A stretch of DNA of 64,000 bases from Eukaryota sp. GEM-RC1 (taxonomy: Eukaryota), in assembly GCA_040285855.1 (NCBI GenBank), contig JAUFOQ010000003.1:248001-312000 (forward strand), written 5' to 3'. The notes under the pieces are model-generated. The model was not told the DNA's origin. It made no database searches and saw nothing but the letters and a program-made list of their open reading frames with translations. Of the stretch, positions 40,653 to 52,500 are shown one piece after another (within the stretch, counting starts at the first letter, position 1; every line of letters starts with the position of its first letter). A program made the position numbers and the translations under genes.

Positions 40653-43177
40653 ATGGCTCCTCCAACTTCTCCTTCCTCAACCGCTTCAGGTCGAAGCAGA
40701 TCTGACTCCGATCTCTATCGCCGACGTCCTTCAACAATCGGCCAAACTTCCCTTATTGTCGTGTCCAACAGACTTCCCATTACTTTACATTACTCTACTG
40801 AAGGAGCTCCTGTCATTAAGAAATCTTCTGGTGGTTTAGTAACTGCCCTTCAAGGTTCTCATCTCCAAAACTTGGTATGGCTCGGATGGGCAGGGAACTC
40901 TGAACCACTGACTCCTCAAGCCAGAGACATGGTCCTCGCTGAAGGCTTTGTCCCCATCGACGTTGATACTGAGTATTACGAACTATTCTACACTGGTTTT
41001 GCTAACAGCATACTCTGGCCTTTGGCTCATTACCTTATGGACGATCGCCCTATCTTTAGCTTCGATCAATGGCAAGCTTATGTCCACATCAACCGTCAGT
41101 TTGCTGATGCTATCGTCAGCAACTACACCGAGGACTGCTTCGTGTATGTCTACTCCTTACTAAACCTCACCTTAGTTGGATCCAGGACTACCATTTGCTT
41201 CTAGTTCCTCAAATGATTCGAGAACAGATCCCAGATGCCCGCATTGGTCTCTTTTTCCACATTGTATGGCCTTCCAGTGAGATCTACAGAACACTTCCAG
41301 TTAGAGTTCAAATTCTAGAAGGAATGTTGGCTGCTGACGTGATTGGGTTTCATACCTTCTCCTATGTACGCCACTTTCTCTCTTCTTGTCAACGTCTGTT
41401 GGGTGCACACTGTGGTCCGACTGTTTGTAAATACAATGGTAGAACTACCTATTGCTCTGCCTTCCCCATAGGTATAGATCCGGTAATGTTCGATCTAACT
41501 AAGTTTGACAAGGATAAGAAACTTCAGACTCTGAATGAGTTGGATAAGTTGAAAGAGAAACATAAGGACTTGTTGGTTATTTGTGGAGTTGATAGACTTG
41601 ATTACATTAAGGGAGTTCCTTTCAAACTACAGGCTTATCGATTGTTCTTAGAAAAGTATCCCGAATTCCTAGGAAAAGTTGTTCTTATTCAAGTTGGAGT
41701 TCCAACTAGAGAAAAAGTAGTTAAATACCAAGAGTTAATGACTGAGACAAACAGACTTGTTGGAGAGATCTCTGGTCAATTTGGAACTCTTGAGTACACT
41801 CCCTTGATTTATGTACATTCTGCCGTTAAGTTCCCTGAACTCATTGCTCTTTACACTCTCGCAGATCTCATGATCATCTCCTCAATCAGAGATGGCATGA
41901 ATCTCGTAGCTTTGGAGTATACTGTTTGTCAAAAGAACAATGAAGTTCCTGGATCTTTAATTCTCTCGGAGTTCGCTGGTTGTAGCTCTAGTCTCTCTGG
42001 TGCTCTCAGAGTCAATCCTTGGGATATTGAAGAGACTGCAGATGCTATTAGGGATGCTATGGTGATGAGTGATGAGGAGAGGAGGGAACGTCATCAGTTA
42101 AATTGGAACTTTTGTTCAGTCTCCAACACTGCAGAACAATGGGCTGATAAGTTTCTCAAATCTGCTCTAATGTTTACCTCTCTTAAGCCATCTCCTAAGT
42201 GTCTTCCCTTAGATCTCCTATCTCTAGCATCTGACTACCTCTCAGCTAGCCATCGTCTGTTGTTGATTGACTATGATGGAACCTTGGTAGAGTTTCAGCG
42301 AAGACCTGAACTTGCAGTTCCTGATGAGGATTTACTTTCAAAATTAGAAACTATTTCAAAAGTTCCTAATAATGTTGTTTATATCATTTCTGGAAGGCAT
42401 CGCGGAGATTTGGAGAAATGGTTTGGTAAATCCTCAAGTATTGGTCTAATTGCTGAACATGGAATGGTTTTCCAACGACCAAACTCCTCCGAATGGATTC
42501 CAGTCTTTGATGAAGAATTCGATCTCACGTGGATGCCTGAAGTTGAAAGTCTAATGATGAACGTAGCCAACAGTACCCCGGGTTCTCACGTGGAGAAAAA
42601 ACCTGCTTCTGTTTGTTTCCACTATAGGAACGTTGATGATAAGGATTTTGCAATGTATCAGATCAGAGAGCTTCATCAGAACATCCTTGATGTGATTGAT
42701 TCAGGTGTGATTGATTTCTGTTTTGGCAATAATGTTTTTGAAGCTAGGGCAAAAGGTGCAGACAAAGGTGGTGCTGCGGAAAGAGTTATCAAACATCACG
42801 ATAGCTTTGATTTCATTTTGGCAATTGGTGATGACATCACTGTATGTTTTTTAATTATTTGAATTTTTCTAACTCTAGGATGAGGATATGTTTAGTGTGT
42901 TCGCCAAGACAAAAAGTGACTATGAAATTGAGTCCGAAATGACAGCCGAAGTGGACATGAAAGATCCCACTGTTAAGAGGATGATGCAACATATAGGGGA
43001 ATTATCTTCTTCTACCGCTCCTAGAAAAGAAAACATTTGCCAGAAGATTTCGCTTTTCCTGACAAAGTTTATACCATTTTAGTTGGTCGAAGAGATAATA
43101 CGGGAGCCATGTTTTCTATTCCAGATGTTGGCCATGTAAAGAAGTTGATTTCAACACTATCTGCAATGTCAAAGTAG
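40653..43177 (+). CDS. TPS: Bifunctional trehalose-6-phosphate synthase/phosphatase (GT20 + HAD), two introns, one -1 break at ~43025-43033
   Basis: IVVSNRLP, SSGGLVTAL, WIQDYHL (after intron 1), GVDRLDYIKG, SIRDGMNLV, LIDYDGTL, GDDITDEDMF (after intron 2). The shifted tail reads VYTILVGRR..VGHVKKLISTL to TAG at 43175-77. Confidence 0.93.
41144..41175 (+). other. Spliceosomal intron, 32 nt
   Basis: GTATGT...CTCACCTTAG; removal restores the conserved CFVWIQDYHL. Confidence 0.9.
42842..42878 (+). other. Spliceosomal intron, 37 nt
   Basis: GTATGT...TTCTAACTCTAG; removal restores the HAD motif GDDITDEDMF. Confidence 0.92.
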
Positions 43178-43300
43178 TTATTGAGGTTTTGTAGATGTTA
43201 TAAAGAAGTTTTAGAACAAATTTGTTAGTTTTTAATCATTCACGTTTTTCTAATTGTGTTTCACATCACAATTTCAAATCAACCACAACTAAACACAAAC

Positions 43301-44683
43301 CTAATCTTTATTACTTCTTCTTGCAATCATTAATGAAACAAACCATTCTACAAACTCTAAATCCATAAAATACTGTGTGTGATCAACTCCTTTAATCGGG
43401 ATGAATGACAACTCCTGAGATTGATTTCGACCCCAATGTCGAAGAATCTCAATCATCGCTCTAACATCTACAGTACCATCACCTTTGCCAAAGCTCTTTG
43501 GTTCAGCAGAAAATGTTTGATCTAAATTACGACTGATCAAATACGAGTCTGGTACATCAATGTCGGTACTTCCAATCACAGTGAGCTCAACTCCAGGTGA
43601 AACTTCAGGTGTAACAACGAAGAAATCATCATCGCTCAAGTACTGACCGTACGGAGAATCAGCCAATTCATACAATTTTGAAATATTGCTAGCAGTGAAA
43701 ACTGCAGTACCAACAACAGACTCGAACTCGACAAGAACTTGATCAAATGCAAAATCCCTCGGATTCAACGTAGCCACAGAAGTCCACGTGCTCACAAGAC
43801 TTCTCGCTATTTCAAGAGTAATAGTTGGAACTGAGTAAGTGTTTCCTATTAAAATGTCGTAGATAGATCTGATAGCACCTCCAAATACAGGACCAACTGC
43901 ATACGTGGTGGATAAGTACTTATCTTTCCAAGTATCAGTCATAGTTGATAGGAAATCAACCATCAATAAGCTTCCCATTGAGTGAGCAACCAACGTGACG
44001 GATTGACCCTCATTTTGATTGAATGCCAGTTCGATGATTGTCATTGCACGTGAAAACAGCTCTGATCTTTGTAGAGCTAGACTATGACGCCAATCATAAC
44101 TGATTGAGAACACTTGCTTATTCCTCTTTAATCCAACTCTATCAAGAGCTTCAATAAACGCATACATGTAACCTGTTTTCCACTTAAAAGATGAGTCCAA
44201 GAATTCATTAGCCGTGGTATCACCAAAGCGGTAGTTTCCAATAGGTCGTGTAGTTACCCCTTGAGAATCTGTACATACCCATTTGTTTTGGTGAGGTGAT
44301 GATGACGTGTGGTGACGTGAGCAAACAGGTTTGAAGTTTGAGTGCCAGCACTGCATGACTTCAGGAAGGAAGCATGTTAGAGCTATCCAGGCTGAGTGCC
44401 AGGGCTTGTTTGATCTGCACCACCAGTGTTCAACTTCTTTCATGACTATCTTTTGTTCTAGAGAAGTGGCAGCGAAACCAGGAAAGATGACAACTGGACC
44501 AAGGTTAGTGGAAGGGTTGAGGTTGGAGAGGCGACTGACAGTGAGGTTTAAGGAAGAGTCGGAGAAAAAGTCAGAACGTAGAGGGGATTCTCGATATGCT
44601 TCAATTGCAAGAAGATGAGGAATTTGAGAACATATCAGGCAGACTACTAGCAGCAGAGATTGATGGATGGAGGAGAGAGACAT
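43301..44683 (-). CDS. Lecithin:cholesterol acyltransferase family / group XV phospholipase A2-like
   Basis: Signal peptide, PVVIFPGFAAT, YDWR, VTLVAHSMG (nucleophile Ser), GDGTV, and C-terminal GVDH. Intact 460 aa ORF. Confidence 0.9.
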   Translation of the reverse strand: MSLSSIHQSLLLVVCLICSQIPHLLAIEAYRESPLRSDFFSDSSLNLTVSRLSNLNPSTNLGPVVIFPGFAATSLEQKIVMKEVEHWWCRSNKPWHSAWIALTCFLPEVMQCWHSNFKPVCSRHHTSSSPHQNKWVCTDSQGVTTRPIGNYRFGDTTANEFLDSSFKWKTGYMYAFIEALDRVGLKRNKQVFSISYDWRHSLALQRSELFSRAMTIIELAFNQNEGQSVTLVAHSMGSLLMVDFLSTMTDTWKDKYLSTTYAVGPVFGGAIRSIYDILIGNTYSVPTITLEIARSLVSTWTSVATLNPRDFAFDQVLVEFESVVGTAVFTASNISKLYELADSPYGQYLSDDDFFVVTPEVSPGVELTVIGSTDIDVPDSYLISRNLDQTFSAEPKSFGKGDGTVDVRAMIEILRHWGRNQSQELSFIPIKGVDHTQYFMDLEFVEWFVSLMIARRSNKD

Positions 44684-44848
44684 CGTGAGGAAACGATTAC
44701 GAAAGGATTTCTACAGAACATGATGCTGTTACAGCTTGCTCAATAACGTTTCATAGAACATGAACATGAAGAACACCCAAAGTCTTTGAGCACATGTTTA
44801 GGTTAGTTTTGGTGAACGTCATAAACAGATTTGCAGCAATCTTTTCCT

Positions 44849-46389
44849 ATGCTTTCATCAACCTCCTCTTCTACAGCGTCACTCCGATCTGCTCTGGTGT
44901 CTAATCTCACTTCCCGATCACCTAAACAGGATGTCGTCATCATCGGGGGTATCTCTCATACCTTTTTCTGATCAAAGGTGGTCCTGGTGGTTATGTATCT
45001 GCTATCAGAGCAGCGCAATTAGGCTTTAAAACTACTTGTGTCGAAAAACGTGGTGCTCTTGGTGGAACTTGCCTAACTGAAGGCTGTATCCCTTCAAAAG
45101 CACTACTACACTCATCTCATCTATACGAAGAATGTCACAAAGCCGATGTTCTCAACAAAAAACAAGGTAAGAAGATCTCTGGCGTAGCTGATCACGGAAT
45201 CTCTGTATCCAATGTCTCTCTTGACTTAAAGAAGATGATGGCTAGGAAGAACAAGGTTGTAAGGACCTTGGATAAGGGAATCGAGATGCTTTTCAAAAAG
45301 AATGGTGTCAACTACATCAAGGGCAATGCTTCTCTATCTTCTCCCTCCTCTGTCTCTGTTCAAACCTCCTCTTCACCGATGACAATACCAACAGATCGTA
45401 TCATCATCGCCACAGGTTCTTCTGTTGCCACTCTTCCCTGTCTTGAAATAGATGAAAAGCAAGTCGTCTCTAACAAGGGTGCGTTGTCATTGCCACGTGT
45501 ACCAAAGAAGATGATTGTGATTGGTGGAGGTGTGATTGGTCTTGAGTTGGGCTCAGTTTGGAGACGATTAGGATCAGATGTGACTGTAGTGGAGTTTGGT
45601 GATAGAGTTTGTCCATTCTTGGATGCTGACGTTTCTGATTGCCTTCAAAAAGAGCTCAAAAAGCAAGGAATGAAGTTTATGACTGGAACTGGCGTCGTTG
45701 ATGGTGAGAAGACTTCCGAAGAAGTCAAACTAATTGCAAAGAACAGACACACTGGCAAAACCTCTGACCTATCTGCTGACGTTGTTCTTGTCTCTATTGG
45801 AAGGAGACCTAACTTTGGAGGATTGGTGACCTCCAATCAAAGTGATTTTTTCGATGTTGATAGAGGTGCTATTGTTACTAATGATCGGTATCAAACAAAG
45901 CATTCTAACGTGTTTGCTATTGGTGACGTTATTGGGGGCAATATGCTAGCTCACAAAGCAGAAGAGGAAGGTGTGGCTTTAGTTGAAGGTTTTGCTGGGA
46001 TGAATACAAAAGTCAATTATAAGGCCATTCCATCTGTTATCTATACTGATCCTGAAGTAGCTTGTGTAGGCATGACTGAACTTGAAGCAAGAAGACAGTT
46101 GAACAGAGTCAAAGTAGGGAAGTTCAACTTTTCTGGTAACTCAAGAGCAAAGGCGGTGGGAGATACAGCTGGGTTTGTGAAGGTGATTGCTGATGAAAAG
46201 GACGTTGTGAGAGGGTTTTCTGTTATTGGACCCTCTGCTTCTGAACTTATTATGCAGGGAACCTACATGGTGGCTAATGAAATGACTCTGAGTGAAGTTC
46301 TTCATACTTGTCATCCTCACCCTTGTTATAGTGAAGCAGTTAAGGAAGCGGCAATGATGGCCAAAGAGAATAGAGCTATTCATGCTTAG
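44849..46389 (+). CDS. DLD: Dihydrolipoamide dehydrogenase (E3 / glycine cleavage L protein) with N-terminal presequence, one intron
   Basis: DVVIIGGGPGGY (after intron), redox disulfide GGTCLTEGCIPSK, GGGVIGLELG, MLAHKAEEEG, HPHPCYSE. Confidence 0.95.
44949..44977 (+). other. Spliceosomal intron, 29 nt
   Basis: GTATCT...TTCTGATCAAAG; removal restores the FAD-binding GGGPGG motif in frame with ORF 45235-46389. Confidence 0.9.
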
Positions 46390-46697
46390 AAAAATTGAAA
46401 TTGTTGTGAATATTAATTTTGTTGAATTTAAATATGAGTTTATCATCTTATATTATTTGAAATTGTTGGTAGACTCTTAAGCATATTTCACACAAGCCAG
46501 ATAATAATACTGCTGGTTCTTCTTATTCACTTGCCAAGATCAGGAAAACAATCAAAGTTCTTCAATTCTAACTAACTAACAAAACAGTTGGAGACTAGAG
46601 TATCTGAAGACTTTAGTGAAAACAAATAGTACAGAATTGCTTTATAAAGCAATAAACCGAAATACAGAATGAATATAAATTTACAAAAAAAGTGTGA

Positions 46698-49439
46698 CTA
46701 TTGGAATTCCCAATCTAATTGTTCATCAACCATTGTAGAATTAAAATTTAAAAAGTCATCCTCCTCTTCAAATTCCCCTTCAACTACCATTGGCGACTGT
46801 ACAATAGGATTCTCTGTTCTCCGACTAAAAACACCTCTAGAAATAAACGAAGACACCGCTGAAAAACCAGTCAACTCTAGTTGTTTATAAAACTGTTGAA
46901 TCTCATCTGTTGAAAGTCTTCCAGTCTTAATCATTGACAACTTTCGATCTTGTTCTTCACTACACAAAGGACATCGATGGTCGTTGTCACCGAGACAGTT
47001 TGTATGGAATGAATGGGAGCAGAGGAAGTGAGTGGTGGGAAGAGTTAAGGGTTGGGTGCATAAATGACATTTAGATCCCTGAAAGATCTTTGCTTTTGTT
47101 GAAAGGTTCTTGACTTGATCGTCCATTAACTTGATATTTGTCTTGATTCGTTGAATTTCTGATTGATCTTCTGATATCGACTGCTGTGATTGCTTTAATA
47201 AGTCGACAATGAAGTTCTTGGCAACTGACAGGGGAACGTCACCTGATTGACTTAGAATTTTTAAAATTACTAGAGGTGGAATTGATTCATCTTGAGAAAG
47301 GGCTTCAAGTGACTTCTCTAAATAATGAGTAGTTGAAGATTTTGAAAAACGATTCAGAGCCAAAAGCCACAAGTTGTGGTGTTTTGCACCATTCTCTTGA
47401 CAATAACTCAACAAAGCGTCATCATTTTCTTCATCAATCAAAAGTCGTGCGACTTCCGTGTACATTGACAACTCAGCATAGAGGTACAGCAATCCACTTC
47501 TAAAAGAGCACCTCTTTAATAAGACTAGAATTCTCTCAACTTCGTAACATCCATGGTGTTGCTTTAAAAGTTGCATCACTTTATCACCCCAAGCAGAGTT
47601 TCCATCATCGACAAAGCGATTAAGGTAGAGCTCAATCAAAGTGTTCACAATGACTGGCATTAGATTTGATTCCTTTGCAGTATCCTTAAGTAAAGATTCT
47701 AATAGTTTGATTAATTCCGGTGAATTATTAACAAAAATAGGTAGGAAAGCCTCAACGTTTGAAGGTCTCTCACCAGTAAGATTTCCTTTAACAAAATCAA
47801 TCACCAGTTCTGTAGTTTCAGCAGGGAAATGTCTGAGAAGAGACTTTCCGTGATGGGTTAGAATCGACAGGACTGCTGACGTATCGTTCGTCATTGATGA
47901 TTTGATCCAGTTAATAACCCCTGAGTAATCTTCAAAACAGTCAACAAGAATCTTGACGACCCATGTGTGATGGCAATGTTTTTGGCAAGAAACAGTGCAT
48001 AATCATTGTAATCAGAGTTTAAAAACACCTTGATAGCAGTCAGTACATCAAATGAACACGTGTCGCTCTCAATGAAATTTTTTAAATTTTCCTGACATCC
48101 ATCAACATTTTTTAATTTTGTATAACAATTCAAAAGCAAACTGGTATGGTCTGGATTTGCTAGCTGTCGATCATGCAAAACTTTTAAATAGTGAGCCAAA
48201 TGAACAATCAATTGACCACTCAAAAATCTTCTAATCACGTATGAAGGTTCTAAACCCCCAATCGTATTGATATACTTGCCCATTGCTGCCTGGTGATCCC
48301 CTTTTCGATACAAATGATCTCCATAACGTCTAAACACGTCAGCAATCATTTCCTGATCATTAACTGATTGCTTAACCAACGAAATAGCTGCTTCAAACCA
48401 CGACTTTCTATACAACAAATCAAGTTTTGTTCCTAAATCCTTTTCTTCCAACTGAATCAACTTCTTAGTATTAGTAAAGATAAACAGCAACCCCCACTCA
48501 GAAAACACGTGACGAGTGTCTGGTAACTTGTTGTCATAATGAACTACACACTGATTCTTCAAGTCGTAAATACCCAAAGTACACAAACCTCTCTCAGGGG
48601 GGAGATAGAATGACTAAGTACTGACGGAAGCAAGTTAAAAGTCTCTTGGGACCTTCAAAGAAAGAAGCTCCGTGTTTTCCATCAACTCCATAGTACCATA
48701 TAACTGCCTCAGTTCCCACTGCAAACTCCTGAGATTCTCTTAAAACAGTAGAGCAACCAGTGGCACACCCAATCTTTGAAGAGACAGGCTCAACCTCGTT
48801 CTTAGTGATGGCGGTGGGAGTTACTCTGAAGAAGGTGACAGAGGTTTTAGTAGAGATGTAGAGGCCCCAGCCATCCTCGTTGACAAGACGGAGGAAGGAC
48901 ATTCCAGTGGTGGGATTGTCTTGAGAAGTCAAGAGACGACCATGAACTTTACGATCCCTTAGAAGATCCCCTTGGAAGAGGATAACGCTACCATTGGCAA
49001 GAGCGACAGCTAGGTGGGTCATGTCTTCATTGGTAGAGACAAGAGTGATGGGTTGAGAAGTTTCGTTGTGAGAAGTGGCGACAGAGAGTTTACGTAGAAG
49101 AGTTGGGACACCACCAGGATCATTCTGTCTTAAAGACCATATACTGACTTTCCATTCAGTACCGTCTTCGCTACAACCAGCAGTAATTAGGAACAATCGG
49201 CTGGGTATTTCAGGAGTGACAATGGAGCAGACAGCACCTTCGTGAGCACGGAAGGAAGTGAATTCAAAGGAGCGGTCACAGACATGGATGTTGCCTCTAG
49301 AATCTCCAAAGAAAAGATAACCTTTTGAAGTGGCTACACAAACAACGTCAACGTCTTGAAGATAGTTGGAAACTGCAGTTGCATTAGAGTTCTCTTTTTT
49401 AGTAAAGAAGCTGAATTTACGCCATTGGTGAGGGAGCAT
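46698..49439 (-). CDS. VPS11: Vacuolar protein sorting 11 (HOPS/CORVET core subunit); two frame breaks (48597-602 +1, 47979-83 -1)
   Basis: QWRKFSFF N-terminus, YGDHLYRKGD, LEPSYVIRRFL, DHTSLLLNCYTKLK, and C-terminal RING CHLC..HFLCSHSFH..C..CPLC. Confidence 0.93.
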
Positions 49440-49478
49440 TGGAAATTTGACTTATTTTACTTTCTCATCTTCAGATTC

Positions 49479-51578
49479 ATGCATGTGGATTTTGACCAAA
49501 TTGAAGGTTATCGCCGTACACAGCATCAATCAATGATCAATCGTCATGATGCTGTCATCTCATTTTTGTGCTCAACTAATGATTACTCCACTTTATGGTG
49601 CTCGTTCTAACACCCCATACATCAATGCTATCATTGGTACCATAGGATCGGGTAAAACAACTTTTGGATCATCTTGGCTTAATTCTCTTGTTGATTCAAC
49701 TACTGGTCCTGACTTCCGAGATGAGATACGTTATTGTTTAAACAATGAATTTGGGAGTTCTAAAATTCTTGATTTTTTAATATATCTATATTTATCTGGA
49801 CGATTTGTCGCAATGGAACTTCCATCTCAGTGTGATGAAGACGGATATTCTTACTTACTGTCATATATTTCAAATTTTCTTAAAATTGATCACACTGACG
49901 TGTCGACAGACGTGTTTTCTTGTCTTCAAACTAATTTATTAAAATTCTCTCCCTCTGAAGTTAATTCATCTTGTTGTGCTTTCTCCTGTGATAGTGAAGC
50001 TCTTGATTATTGGCACTCATTGCATGATGACCAATCACTTAATTTACCTTTTCTATTCTTTTTTGACGAGGTACCAAACTCTGATGACCATTCACTTACG
50101 ACCTTAAATTGGTTTAGTTTCTTCCGAGACCTTGTATACAGTAGAATTGGAATTTCTTTTGTCGCTGGACTTAATCGACAATACATTGACCGAAATCTTC
50201 GAACTTCGAAATTTGGTGTCAAAATTTGTCGCCTTGAGGCCATTACTTCTCTACATCACTTACAGGAGTTTCTGGATTCAACTCCACAATTATCAGGAGT
50301 TAGCTATGATAGGAAAGAAGCTTTGAACTGTTTGATCCGGTGTGGTGGAAATCCCAGAGTAATTTTAAGGACAATTGAATTTTTTTGTGCTAGAGGTATC
50401 TGGAGGGTTACTATGAATGCTGCGAGTAAGTCCCTAGGATTATACAGTCCGCTTACAAATGATCTGTCAATTGCTGCAATGCCTTTAGCTCTGTCTGACT
50501 CACGGTTTATGTGCGATTCAGTTCAGTATCCTATCAATTCTCTTTCAATGGACTCTGTTGAAGAAACTGCAGAGCTGATGCTTTGTCCACTAGTATTGCC
50601 ACCCCAAAACGTCTCTGTTCAATGAGTGAACAGTTTTCAAGTACTCGATATCATTGTCTCTTGTCGGTATTGGACTTTGATCAAAATAGTTCTTGGAGTT
50701 TTATTGGTGGAAAACTCGTGAAACAGTTAAAGCAATTGATTGAAGATGTAATTGAATTGTTTGATGACCACCGTCAGTTGGCCATAGTACAAGATCCGCC
50801 TAGCCTTCTTGAGTTCTCAACTGACAAGAAGCATCAAATTGCTCAAGCGTTTGGTCAGAATTTTGAAGAATTGATTGGTAACTTTCTTCTTTTGCGACTT
50901 ACACTTCTAAACGATGTTAACACTACCTCTAATCCCTCTCTTGTTTACTTGTTTGGATCGAGTCATACTTCCTTAAGTCCAGATAGTTCAGTTTGGATGT
51001 CACCGGAATACGCTTTGAAGCTCAATCATGGTATGAAACCATTGAAATCATTGTGTGCTGTTAGTGATCCCACCACTGTACAGCAAAGCCATGTAGCGTT
51101 GAAAATTCAAGCTACTGTCCCTGGGGAACAGCGCTGTACGTGGGAAGATCTTGTAAGTTGTAGAGGCAAAGTTTGGAAAAACGGAGCTGATGCAGCTGGA
51201 CCTGACATTGTACTGATTGATGACGTTTCAAATTTGATTGTAGGGGTTGACTGCAAGTCTGGTCGTAATGAATCTCCTGAAATTGCAGAACAATTTATTC
51301 AATGCCTTGCCTCACATCCTCCTGTTGCTCTTCTTTTCTCCATCCAATGTTGTAAATCTGCATCTGACATGTATCAAATAGATAAGAATCTCACGCCATC
51401 GTTTTACAAACAAGTTTATTCCGATTTGAAAAACAAGTTTCCCAGTAGGTATGAAGACGAGGACTTCGTCTCTCTTAAATATCGAATCTGGGAGGAAGTT
51501 GGGGTAATGCCTCAACACGTGTTAATGGGAGCTGAATTCTTTGGTCCAACGGTTGCAAATATTTTAAAATTGTTGTAA
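49479..51578 (+). CDS. Crinkler/RHS-like P-loop NTPase + PD-(D/E)xK nuclease family, copy 2 (most intact catalytic motifs; breaks at ~49563-67 and ~50602-09)
   Basis: MINRHDAVISF, then NAIIGTIGSGKTTFG (Walker A), FLFFFDE (Walker B), CGGNPR, PPKR, AAGPDIVLID..GVDCKS, and QHVLMGAEFFGPTV. Starts about 40 bp from the VPS11 ATG, divergently. Confidence 0.75.
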
Positions 51579-51754
51579 TGCATTGTTCGAAGAGAACAGT
51601 GAACAGTTGAGTTCAAGACCAACTATTAAGGAAATGATTTAAAAATGAAATTGAAGAATATAAGGCTATTACAGTAGTTCAAGAGTAGCTGTGTTGCATT
51701 TAATATCTTTGCGAAATCTACCAAAAACACACTTTCAACAACACTAATTTCCAT

Positions 51755-52500
51755 TTCCACATTGGAGCTAATCTTCACATAACCTTACATATACTGATGC
51801 TTCCGCTCTTACATTTGCGTTCCCTTTACAAATCCCTTTAAAGTCCTGTAAGGGATCACTTGTAGTTGTATGAATATCGGCGAAGCCTTCAACAATAAAG
51901 TTGATCTAATAACTCTTTGATAACAAGAATATATCAAGAAACGGGGGATGTAGAGACACAGCTGTTCCTTTCGTTTCTTCGCTTCCGAGACTTCATGGAT
52001 TGTTAAGAGCTTTCAGAAACACAAAAGCTGTTGTGCAAGAGTACCAAACAGGGAACAATGCCTTCCGCGGTTCTTGCTGCGAGATGACTTTGTCCTAAAA
52101 AAAGCCGATAGAACCATCAGGTTGTCTCAGTAGCTGCTGTATAGTATTCATATGCTGCGTTGCCCCCCTACATTGACCGTTTATCAAATGCGATGCCAGC
52201 ATCCTGCTCAAATCTCGGTATTGAACAAGGTTTGTTTTCCAAGTGTTTTATTATCATATAGATTGTCGACATTGTACAGTGGTATGACATATGTTTGTGT
52301 ATACAAGGGAAGAATTTCTGGTGTTGATGATGTGGTTGACAAACAGAAGATAGTGTCCTGTTTCCATCAAACAGCCACCTGTAAGCCTACCAAGTACACT
52401 GAAAAGAAGAGCGAGTGAAGTTCAACAACAATCACCGATGGTAATAGAATAAAGAAAGTGTAGTCTGTGTGGAAGCTTTGGATACAACAAAACTATCCTC
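51755..52500 (+). mobile_element. Degenerate Mutator-like (MULE) transposase remnant
   Basis: Scattered in-order motifs: PHWS (~51757), NIGEAFNN (~51873; MULE N.AES.N-like), C..H region in ORF 52152-52418, and RKCSLCGSFGYNKT zinc-knuckle remnant (52453-52494). Many stops. Confidence 0.5.
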
